NCBI GenBank assembly: GCA_023132255.1
Contig: JAGLYK010000006.1
Location: 1-47,083 of the forward strand
Source: Candidatus Pacearchaeota archaeon
GTDB lineage: Archaea; Nanobdellota; Nanobdellia; Pacearchaeales; GW2011-AR1
Reading direction: 5' to 3'
DNA: 47,083 nt
The position numbers were made by a program, and so were the translations under genes. The notes under the pieces were generated by a model. It saw only the letters and a list, made by a program, of their open reading frames with translations. It searched no databases and had not been told where the DNA came from. This document shows positions 9,137 to 17,284 of this stretch, one piece after another. Position 1 is the stretch's first letter. Every line of letters begins with the position of its first letter.

Positions 9137-9754
9137 ATGATAACTAAAAAACACAAAACAAAAATACTTGCAATAGGCGACATCCACGGCGATACAGGGT
9201 TAGTGAAAAAACTCGCTCAAAAAGCAAAAAAAGAACATGTTGATTTGGTAATTCTTGCAGGAGACATGACTTTTTTAGAATCGTCCATAGACAATCTAAT
9301 CGGTCCTTTCATAAAAGCAAGCAAACAAGTTTTATTAATCCCGGGAAATCATGAATCTGTTGCGACTGTGGATTTCCTGGTGCAAATGTATCCTAAAACA
9401 AAAAACATCCACGGCTATTCTTTTAAGAAAAACAATTTAGGAATATTTGGGGCAGGCGGAGGCGACGTCATAAACATCACACCAGACAAAGAAATATTTA
9501 ATGCACTTCAGCGAGGGCATGAAACTATTAAAAATATGGAAAAGAAAATCATGGTTACGCATATGCATCACAAAGGGAGTCAGGCGGAGTTCTCTGGTTT
9601 TGCAGGTTCAAAAGCAGTAACAAGGGCGATTAAAAAATTTTGTCCGGATATTTTAATCAGCGCGCATATTCACGAGGCAGGAGGATTACAGGAAAAAATT
9701 GGGAAAACAGAAATAATAAATGTGTCAAGAAATCCTGCAATTTTTGAGATATGA
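9137..9754 (+). CDS. Calcineurin-like metallophosphoesterase
   Basis: GDIHG, AGD, PGNHE, TH, HIHE motifs. Confidence 0.9.
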   Translation: MITKKHKTKILAIGDIHGDTGLVKKLAQKAKKEHVDLVILAGDMTFLESSIDNLIGPFIKASKQVLLIPGNHESVATVDFLVQMYPKTKNIHGYSFKKNNLGIFGAGGGDVINITPDKEIFNALQRGHETIKNMEKKIMVTHMHHKGSQAEFSGFAGSKAVTRAIKKFCPDILISAHIHEAGGLQEKIGKTEIINVSRNPAIFEI

Positions 9755-9855
9755 AATTTTTTCATTGCTATTAGTTTCTCCAAATAGGGATTGATTTTTA
9801 GTGCTATATTAAAAATGAAGTTCCTTTAATTTAAATAATCTATGATACAAAAAAA

Positions 9856-10158
9856 CTATTGTTCTATTTTTGAATGAGTTGGCAATAATGCTAATTCATA
9901 AACTTTTATTGCCTCTTCATAAATATGCCTTGCAGTTAAATCAACTGAATTCTGAACTCTTTCAGAAACATTCCATGGGTAATATTCTTCAGGAATTATT
10001 TGAGAAAAATATTTTGTGTACTTTTTACTAAATAATTTAGCTGATAAACCCATAAATTTCTCTTCTGTTTTTTGAAAACCATCTATTAAATCCATAGTAA
10101 TTTTATGAATTCTTCCCCCTTCTTCATGAATATATTTACACATTTCTTCGTATTCCAT
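9856..10158 (-). CDS. Hypothetical protein
   Basis: 100-aa ATG ORF filling an intergenic gap, AT-rich TATA-like sequence upstream. Confidence 0.6.
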   Translation of the reverse strand: MEYEEMCKYIHEEGGRIHKITMDLIDGFQKTEEKFMGLSAKLFSKKYTKYFSQIIPEEYYPWNVSERVQNSVDLTARHIYEEAIKVYELALLPTHSKIEQ

Positions 10159-10353
10159 ATAACAATAAACTACATTAGATTATTTAATACTTTTGTTTTT
10201 TTGTGGAGTCATTAAATATAACACTCTCTAATTGAACTTTTAACAAAACTATAAAAAACTCTTTTTCTACAAAGATTTAAAAGTAATATCTTACCATTTT
10301 TTAAAATGCCAACAAAAGAGAAGTAAACTTCTCATTCATTCGCCTAAAGCCAA

Positions 10354-12756
10354 ATGAAACCAAAAAAAACAAAAGAAGAAAAAACAGCTGAGAGTTATTT
10401 TCCTGTTGATGAAACTGACTTGAAATACACAACTGAAAAACAGGAAAAAGAAGCTCCTGAAAAAGAAGAACTTCTCAAAGGTTCAATTGAAAAACAATAC
10501 AAAAAACCAGAAAGAGCTTCTTTGGAAACAGTGCACCACGGGCGTACCCCGAAAAATTTTCGTGGAAAATTTTTACAAGGGGCAAAAAAATCAAAAAGAC
10601 CAAGGAAAAAAACTACTGCAAAAAAATTCATTCCGCAAAAAATAAAATTAAAAGAAAAAGGTTATGAATTAATTATCACAGAAAAACCTCAGGCTGCCTC
10701 AAAAATTGCCCAGGCACTTGGAAAAGCAACTCAGAGAGTTAATAACAAAATTTCTTATTATGATGTGAATCGGGATGGGACGCAGATAATTGTTGCGTGC
10801 GCTGTTGGGCATTTGCTGACTTTAAAACAAAATGTTCCTGGTTCTTCTGTCCCGATTTTTGACATTTCATGGACTCCAAATTATCTGGCAAACAAAAAAG
10901 CAGGTTTTACAAAAAGATATTTTGACACTTTGCTGAAACTCGCGAAAAACGCGGGGAGCCTGACAGTCGCAACAGATTATGATGTTGAAGGAGAGGTTAT
11001 AGGAATGAATGTTGTGAAATATATCTGCGGTCAAAAAGACGCGAATCGGATGAAGTTCTCAACTTTGACAGACAAGGAATTAAATGATGCTTATGAAAAA
11101 AAATTTTCTCATATTGATTGGGGGCAGGCAATTGCAGGTGAAACAAGGCATTATCTTGATTGGTTTTATGGAATAAATTTGTCACGGGCTTTAATGAATG
11201 CGATAAAAACAACAGGCAAGTTTCGGATAATGTCAATTGGCAGGGTTCAGGGTCCTGCTTTGAATTTGATTGTTCAAAGAGAGAGGAAGATTCAGGCTTT
11301 CAAATCAGAACTTTATTGGCAGGTTTTTATTAAGGTGAGAAATTCTCATAAATTAGAGCTTAAACATAATAAAGATATATTCAACAAAAATGATTTATCA
11401 AAATTTGAAAATCTAGTCGGAAAAACAGTTGAAGCAAAAACAAAAAAAACAGAACAAATTGTTTCTCCAAATCCTCCATTCAATCTGACAATTCTTCAAA
11501 CAGAAGCTTACAAGTTTTATGGTTTAACTCCGTCAAAAACTCTTCAAATTGCCCAATCACTTTATTTAGCAGGACTAATTTCTTACCCAAGAACTTCTTC
11601 TCAAAAACTTCCTGTTTCAATTGGCTACAAAGAAATTTTAAAAAAACTTGCAAAAGAATACAATGTTGAAAAACTGATTACAAAAGATAAACCAGTTGAA
11701 GGAAAAAAATCAGACCCTGCTCACCCCTCAATTTACCCAACAGGTAACAAACAAATTTTGTCTGGAGATGAAGAAAAAATTTACAATTTAATTGTCAAGA
11801 GATTTTTGTCCTTATTCTGCGATTCTGCAATAATTGACAACAAAACAGTTTCAGTAAATGTGGATAATTTATTATTCATCGCGCGAGGGTCGTCAATTAG
11901 AAAAAAAGCCTGGATGGAAATTTATCCGTCTAAATCTAAACATGTTGAGATTCCTGATTTAGAAGGTGAAGTAAAAATTGTGGATATGAGAACAGAAGAA
12001 AAAGAGACTCAGCCTCCAAGAAGATATTCTCCTGCTTCAATCCTCTCTGAACTTGAAAAAAGAAACCTCGGAACAAAAGCAACTCGTTCTGCAATTCTTG
12101 AAACACTCTACGACAGAAGTTACATAAAAGAAAAATCAATTGAAGCAACACCTTTGGGAATGTCTTTAATTTCAACTCTTGAAAAACATTCCCCAATAAT
12201 AATTGATGAAAAATTAACCCGAAGTTTTGAAGATCAAATGCAATCAATTATAGAAGCAAAGAAAGATTTTTTACAAAGACAAAATTCTGCGAATTTTAAC
12301 TTGTTCTTAAAAGAATTAAGAACAAAAGAAGAAAAAGTTCTTGATAATGCAAAAAAAACTTTGATTGATATTTCAAAAGATTTCAGCAAAAATGAAAAAG
12401 AAATTGGGAGAGAACTTCTTATTGCAAACTTGCAATTAAGAGAACAGCAAAAAATAGAGAACACATTATGTGTTTGTCCTGTCTGCAAGAAAGGAAACCT
12501 TGCGATAACTTATTCAAGAAAAACAAAAAGGCATTTTGTTGCCTGCGACGCTTACCCAAATTGCAAAACAACTTTTAGTCTTCCTCCGGGCACAATTAAA
12601 AAAACAGAAAAAACCTGTGAAAAATGCGGGTTTCCTTTAATGATGAGTTTAAAGAGGGGAAGAAAGCCGTGGATTTTTTGTTTTAACAGAGAGTGTGAAA
12701 GTAACAAAAAGAGAATTGAAGAGTATAGGAAGAAGCAGGAAAGTGTAGCACAATAA
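10354..12756 (+). CDS. topA: DNA topoisomerase I (type IA)
   Basis: TEKP, GHL, ATDYDVEGE, SIGRVQ, ISYPRT (catalytic Tyr), GTKATR, C-terminal Zn ribbons. Confidence 0.96.
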   Translation: MKPKKTKEEKTAESYFPVDETDLKYTTEKQEKEAPEKEELLKGSIEKQYKKPERASLETVHHGRTPKNFRGKFLQGAKKSKRPRKKTTAKKFIPQKIKLKEKGYELIITEKPQAASKIAQALGKATQRVNNKISYYDVNRDGTQIIVACAVGHLLTLKQNVPGSSVPIFDISWTPNYLANKKAGFTKRYFDTLLKLAKNAGSLTVATDYDVEGEVIGMNVVKYICGQKDANRMKFSTLTDKELNDAYEKKFSHIDWGQAIAGETRHYLDWFYGINLSRALMNAIKTTGKFRIMSIGRVQGPALNLIVQRERKIQAFKSELYWQVFIKVRNSHKLELKHNKDIFNKNDLSKFENLVGKTVEAKTKKTEQIVSPNPPFNLTILQTEAYKFYGLTPSKTLQIAQSLYLAGLISYPRTSSQKLPVSIGYKEILKKLAKEYNVEKLITKDKPVEGKKSDPAHPSIYPTGNKQILSGDEEKIYNLIVKRFLSLFCDSAIIDNKTVSVNVDNLLFIARGSSIRKKAWMEIYPSKSKHVEIPDLEGEVKIVDMRTEEKETQPPRRYSPASILSELEKRNLGTKATRSAILETLYDRSYIKEKSIEATPLGMSLISTLEKHSPIIIDEKLTRSFEDQMQSIIEAKKDFLQRQNSANFNLFLKELRTKEEKVLDNAKKTLIDISKDFSKNEKEIGRELLIANLQLREQQKIENTLCVCPVCKKGNLAITYSRKTKRHFVACDAYPNCKTTFSLPPGTIKKTEKTCEKCGFPLMMSLKRGRKPWIFCFNRECESNKKRIEEYRKKQESVAQ
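10533..10583 (+). mobile_element. Intragenic two-hairpin element, copy A (51 nt, in topA)
   Basis: GCACC-ACG-GGCGTA-CCCC-G-AAAAATTTTC-GTG-GAAAATTTTT-ACAA-GGGGC; shares termini with three other copies; mobility is inferred. Confidence 0.75.
12281..12325. repeat. Second double-hairpin segment in topA
   Basis: AAAATTC-TGC-GAATTTT (12281-12297) and perfect TTGTTCTTAA-AAGAA-TTAAGAACAA (12301-12325). Confidence 0.5.
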
Positions 12757-12787
12757 TTCTTAAAAACAGCCCCTATTTAAAACAAGC

Positions 12788-13108
12788 ATGGATTTAGAAG
12801 ATAAATTTTACCGTAATGTTGAAGGAATATTCTTCAAGAAATTAGGATCATATGGGTTTTCTCAAGAAGAGGCAGAAAAAATCGCCCCTCAACTAACAGA
12901 CTATGTTAAAGCATCTATACATCAAAACCAAAGTCAACATGTTCCAATCAAAGGATTAAAAAGAGAATATTTGGTTTATATAGATGGTAAAGGAACAGTC
13001 ACAAAATCTCTTCCAGCACTTTCTACTACACGTTCTCCAAGTTCAATTAAACCACCAATAACTTTAAACCCTAATAAAATATTAGATTACCGCCCCCCAC
13101 TTATATAA
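12788..13108 (+). CDS. Hypothetical protein
   Basis: 106-aa ATG ORF between topA and radB. Confidence 0.55.
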   Translation: MDLEDKFYRNVEGIFFKKLGSYGFSQEEAEKIAPQLTDYVKASIHQNQSQHVPIKGLKREYLVYIDGKGTVTKSLPALSTTRSPSSIKPPITLNPNKILDYRPPLI

Positions 13109-13121
13109 AAAATCCGAGTAA

Positions 13122-13853
13122 TCAAATCCAGCCCTTTTTTCTAATTCCCTGTTCAACAATCTCAAAACTAAATTCTTTTTCAGGCAAACTCCGATGCTTT
13201 AGCAAAATCGCCTTTCTCCTGCTTCCATTTTTCTTTAGTTCAATTATGCACTTGCTCCAGTATTTCATTAAATCCCCTCCAACAATATTAACTTCTCTTT
13301 CTTTGCCCTGTTTCCAATCTTCCTCACTTTGAAATCCTGAATAAACCTGATTTGTAATAATAACTGGAATCTTCTGTTTTCGCGCAATTTCAGCCAAAGT
13401 CCTCATCTGTTTTGCAATTTCACGATTTACTTTCTTGATGCTGTCAGATTTTTTCGATTTAATCGCATCCCCCAACTCCAATCTATACAACATTGCCATA
13501 CCATCAATAATAATCAAACTAACATGATTTTTCTTCACTTTATCCAGCAACTTCAAAAAACACTTTTTTTGCTCCTCAAAATTCACAGGCTCCAGCAAAA
13601 AAATATTTTCCAAAACCTTTTCACAATCGTCACCGACAATCTGCTTAATCCTGTCAATAGAAAATCCTCCTTCTGTATCAACAAAAATAATCTTGTTGGC
13701 TTTTTTCGCCTGACTGCAGCAAACTAAAAAACACAAATTCGTCTTCCCGCAACCAGGAGGCCCGGCAATCATTGTAATCACATCCTTCTCATAACCCTGG
13801 TCAAGCCATTTAGTAAAATCCAAACTTCCTGTAGAAATTTTATTCTCACTCAT
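13122..13853 (-). CDS. radB: DNA repair/recombination protein RadB
   Basis: GPPGCGKT, DTEGGFS.DR, TNQVY, VGG, KHR motif diagnostic of RadB. Confidence 0.92.
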   Translation of the reverse strand: MSENKISTGSLDFTKWLDQGYEKDVITMIAGPPGCGKTNLCFLVCCSQAKKANKIIFVDTEGGFSIDRIKQIVGDDCEKVLENIFLLEPVNFEEQKKCFLKLLDKVKKNHVSLIIIDGMAMLYRLELGDAIKSKKSDSIKKVNREIAKQMRTLAEIARKQKIPVIITNQVYSGFQSEEDWKQGKEREVNIVGGDLMKYWSKCIIELKKNGSRRKAILLKHRSLPEKEFSFEIVEQGIRKKGWI

Positions 13854-13911
13854 AAATAATAAAGAAGACTGATGTTAATAAGTATTATGATACTACTTTA
13901 ACTTGCAAATT

Positions 13912-14172
13912 TTACATTCTCTTAAAATCAGCTAAGGTTGTATCTAAATCTTTTGCAATAAAACTAACAGCATCAGTAATAGCTTTCTTTGCTGTTTTGG
14001 CTTTGGTCTTTACTTTCAAAATAGGTTTTTCTGTTGGGTGCTTTCTTTTCCACGCCGCAAAATCAACAGCAGAATCCTTGTTCAAATAAACCCTGAGAAT
14101 CTCCGCAATTGTCAAACTTTCAATTTCAACTTCAATTTCATCCTTTGAACTTTTTAAAATATTAATTTCCAT
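13912..14172 (-). CDS. rpoL: RNA polymerase subunit Rpo11 (L)
   Basis: Size and T.AEILR..L...V.FAA....HP motif. Confidence 0.85.
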   Translation of the reverse strand: MEINILKSSKDEIEVEIESLTIAEILRVYLNKDSAVDFAAWKRKHPTEKPILKVKTKAKTAKKAITDAVSFIAKDLDTTLADFKRM

Positions 14173-14206
14173 AATAAATTAGAATAAAAACAATTTAAAA
14201 AGCTTG

Positions 14207-15097
14207 TCATTTTCCAAAAATAATTTTATCAATATCTTCCTGAGAAAGATTCTCTTTATCTAAATCAATTTTCTTGCCCTTAGTAAACATTTCCTCGGGA
14301 AATGTTTCAGGGTACGCCTGAGGCCTCTGTCCTCGGAGGTCATCCCTGTGGGATGGTGCACCAACTTTCCCTTCAGGTTCACTAAAAATCTTTTCTTCCT
14401 TCTTTTTTTTCATCTCCTGCAAATCAGCAATTGTCAAGGTTTTTGTGGTTGTATCATCAAATTTAATTTTATCTTCCTCAACATTTTGTAAAAACTCTTC
14501 TTTAACTTGATTTACTTCTTCATCAAAAGACACAACCCTTGCTGATTCATTTTTAATTCTAATCCCCAAATAATTCTCAATTTTATTTACTAACACAAAA
14601 TCATTTTTAGGGAGAACACCTTTCTCGGCCATGTTGATTGCTTCTTCAGATTCTTCAATCGTTTCTGCAAATTGCTTTTGAGTCAGCTTCTTGGCCCTCC
14701 TCGCTCTCATAATAATCCAGTGAAAATTATCAACCATTCCAAAAGATTTTTCTCCAATGGAGCCCAAAACATTCTTGCTGAAATTTTTGCCCTCACCAGA
14801 GGGTACTTTGTTAGAGGTTCTCGCACCCTTTGGGTATACACCAAGGCCTTCATCTTCAGAGGTCATCCTTGTGGGAGGCGGTGTTTCTTTCTCACTTTTT
14901 ATTTCAATTCCGGATAAACGAGAGAGCCGTTCATAAACCGTGGGTCTCTTTTCAGTTTTCTCTTTCAAATATTTTATAATAGGAATATTCTCTTCAAAAG
15001 AACATTTCCGGCAAATTTTAACAATTCCTTTTTCAGAAACAGCGTCAAAAAGCAAAGCTCTGTCTCCTGAAACCCCGCACTTAAAACATTTATTCAT
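14207..15097 (-). CDS. MBF1-like Zn-ribbon + XRE HTH protein
   Basis: CFKCG...CRKC; IMRARRAKKLTQKQFAE...AEKG; contains two in-frame element copies. Confidence 0.8.
   Translation of the reverse strand: MNKCFKCGVSGDRALLFDAVSEKGIVKICRKCSFEENIPIIKYLKEKTEKRPTVYERLSRLSGIEIKSEKETPPPTRMTSEDEGLGVYPKGARTSNKVPSGEGKNFSKNVLGSIGEKSFGMVDNFHWIIMRARRAKKLTQKQFAETIEESEEAINMAEKGVLPKNDFVLVNKIENYLGIRIKNESARVVSFDEEVNQVKEEFLQNVEEDKIKFDDTTTKTLTIADLQEMKKKKEEKIFSEPEGKVGAPSHRDDLRGQRPQAYPETFPEEMFTKGKKIDLDKENLSQEDIDKIIFGK
14276..14359 (-). mobile_element. Intragenic two-hairpin element, copy B (84 nt)
   Basis: Sense strand GCACC-[36 nt]-GGCGTA-CCCT-G-AAACATTTCC-CGA-GGAAATGTTT-ACTA-AGGGC. Confidence 0.75.
14789..14884 (-). 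mobile_element. Intragenic element, copy C (96 nt, composite)
   Basis: Sense strand ACACC-[loop similar to copy B]-GGTGTA-TACCC-AAA-GGGTG...GTACCCTC-TGGT-GAGGGC. Confidence 0.7.
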
Positions 15098-15142
15098 TAT
15101 AAAAAAAGAAAAAGAGCATTTTTTAAGATTGTTGTGGTGGAG

Positions 15143-15796
15143 TTAATCAAGATGCTCCCTAATATCCTCAACACCCCCAATAGCTGTTAACTTAATTTTT
15201 TCATCAATCAAAATAGTAGGTAATTCAGTAATATTATATTTATCCAAAAGCAAATTAATTGAACCAATATTGTTGTCTGCTGCTATTGGGATTAGCATAA
15301 TTTCTGCTTTTTTCTCTTCCTTTATCTGAAAAAGTAAATTAGAAAAAACTTTTTGCTTTGCTTTTTTCTCAATTGAAACATCATTATATTGATAAAAATA
15401 AACTAAATTATGATAGTCTGAATTGCACTTTTCTTTTATCTTCATGCTGTTAATCCAGAATAAAGTTCTTAAAAGGTCATACCTTTTATGCTGCAAGATT
15501 ATATCATCATTAATTCTGTTTGCTTTTTCATATTTATTTATAATCATTGCTTCCTCATAAATTCTATCTGCAAAATTTATATTCTCTTCAACCATTGCGT
15601 CACAATTTAATTCAAGAAATTCAAACGCATCTTTTTGTATTCTTTGGTCTAAAAGTTCTATTTCAGATTGAAGATACCAATTATTTATCTTATCAATTCT
15701 GGAGGTTTCTAATTTATAACCGAGGAATATTCCAATATTAAAAATAACAAAAGCTATTATCAATGCCTGCAAAAATACATATTTTTGATTAGCCAT
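15143..15796 (-). CDS. Membrane-anchored protein with thioredoxin-like C-terminus
   Basis: N-terminal TM helix; C-terminal YNITELPTILID pattern. Confidence 0.6.
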   Translation of the reverse strand: MANQKYVFLQALIIAFVIFNIGIFLGYKLETSRIDKINNWYLQSEIELLDQRIQKDAFEFLELNCDAMVEENINFADRIYEEAMIINKYEKANRINDDIILQHKRYDLLRTLFWINSMKIKEKCNSDYHNLVYFYQYNDVSIEKKAKQKVFSNLLFQIKEEKKAEIMLIPIAADNNIGSINLLLDKYNITELPTILIDEKIKLTAIGGVEDIREHLD

Positions 15797-15905
15797 TTTA
15801 ATTTATTAAATTGGATAATGGAAATTTTATATTTACTTTAGTCATTTTTTCTTTTTGTATTTAAATAAATGAGTTATGCAAAATCTTTTGATTTTAGTTT
15901 AGTCA

Positions 15906-17135
15906 TTATCTCCACTTGCCTGTTCCCCTAAAAAAATGATAAAGAGCCACTATCATAATAAAAGGATATATTGCAAGATAAACCAATGAATAAAAGAAGA
16001 TATTAAAAAAGTTTTGTTTTTTCAAAATCCTCTCTTTCATGACAAATAAAGCCAAAAGAGTAAAAATAACCCCTGCAATAAATAAAATAATTCCTAAATA
16101 ATTCAGAAAACTTGGAGTTACAAAAAAATCATTCATAGTCAATAAAGGTGTTCCGACGCTAATTGAGTATTTTGCGAAAACATAATTTCTTAAAACTCTT
16201 GTTGTAATCAAATAAACGAAAATACTCAAACCTAATAAACCCAAGAAAAGCTGCAGCATAAAAAAAGGAAGTATAAAAAACCCTAACATGCCTTTTGTCA
16301 AAAAACACTTTTTATATTTTGATATGCATTGCAAACCTCCTATGTTCCATCTTTTTCTTTGGTTATACCATGCCTTAAATTTATTGGGAACAGTTGTTGT
16401 AGCATGAGTTGCCAGGCACATCCTCCTCGTATAACCTGCATAAGTCAGGTGCCAGGTGGCTTCAATATCCTCTGTCATGTTATTAGGATCAAAACCCCCA
16501 ATTTCCTTTAATGCAGATTTCCTGTACAGTGCCAAGGGTCCCGGAGTAACATAAATAGCGTCGACATAATCCAAAAGTTTTCTTGTAAAAGCAATTATGT
16601 TGTATTCAATCACCTGCAATTTCTCAAAAAATTTATTCCTGTTTCTCGGAGAAAAAACACAGGTTACAGCCCCGACTTTGTCATCATCAAAAAAACCAAT
16701 CATTTTTCCAAATGAACCTTTAGTAGGATAACTATCTGCGTCAACAACTGCCACAAGCTCGGCTTTTGCTTTTACCAGTCCAAAATTCAACGGGGCTGCT
16801 TTGCTGCCTTCATTTTTTTTTGTATAAACCTTAACCTTGCTATATTTTTTTTCTAACATCCTGGATATTTTCAAAGTATTATCTGTGCTTCCGTCATCAA
16901 TAACCAACACTTCTTCCAAGTTCTCATAACCTGCATTAAGAATCGCCAGAACAGTATTTTTAATTGTTTTTTCTTCATTAAACGCAGGAACTATTACAGA
17001 AATAGAATATTGTTTTTTAGATTCAGGATATTTAAATAATTCCTTCCTGTTTCTTCTATATAACAATAAAAATAAAGAAAGAAAATAAATTGACACAAAC
17101 ATATATGCCAGGTAAATTATCGGGAGTGTTTCCAT
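15906..17135 (-). CDS. Processive GT2 glycosyltransferase (PgaC/cellulose-synthase-like)
   Basis: VPAFNE, DDGSTD, DAD, TED, QRKRW motifs with flanking TM helices. Confidence 0.92.
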   Translation of the reverse strand: METLPIIYLAYMFVSIYFLSLFLLLYRRNRKELFKYPESKKQYSISVIVPAFNEEKTIKNTVLAILNAGYENLEEVLVIDDGSTDNTLKISRMLEKKYSKVKVYTKKNEGSKAAPLNFGLVKAKAELVAVVDADSYPTKGSFGKMIGFFDDDKVGAVTCVFSPRNRNKFFEKLQVIEYNIIAFTRKLLDYVDAIYVTPGPLALYRKSALKEIGGFDPNNMTEDIEATWHLTYAGYTRRMCLATHATTTVPNKFKAWYNQRKRWNIGGLQCISKYKKCFLTKGMLGFFILPFFMLQLFLGLLGLSIFVYLITTRVLRNYVFAKYSISVGTPLLTMNDFFVTPSFLNYLGIILFIAGVIFTLLALFVMKERILKKQNFFNIFFYSLVYLAIYPFIMIVALYHFFRGTGKWR

Positions 17136-17284
17136 GCTATTGTTTGGGAGATTGAGGTTTTAAAGATTTTTGTGATTTGATGAAGAAGCAAGAAATGAAT
17201 TGTGTAAGTTACATTTAGAACCTCCCGGGAATTCAACTTTCAAACATTTAAGATCCCTGATTTATGCTCTCACAAGCATGCCTT

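Noticed and set aside
9755-9855. AT-rich stems in a convergent intergenic gap
   Set aside because: Compatible with chance or a terminator in AT-rich DNA; no repeat partner seen.
10533-10583. Canonical BHB mRNA introns as explanation for the GCACC elements
   Set aside because: Flanks are A-rich and do not pair; bulge geometry does not fit; lengths in multiples of 3 without stops suggest they are translated.
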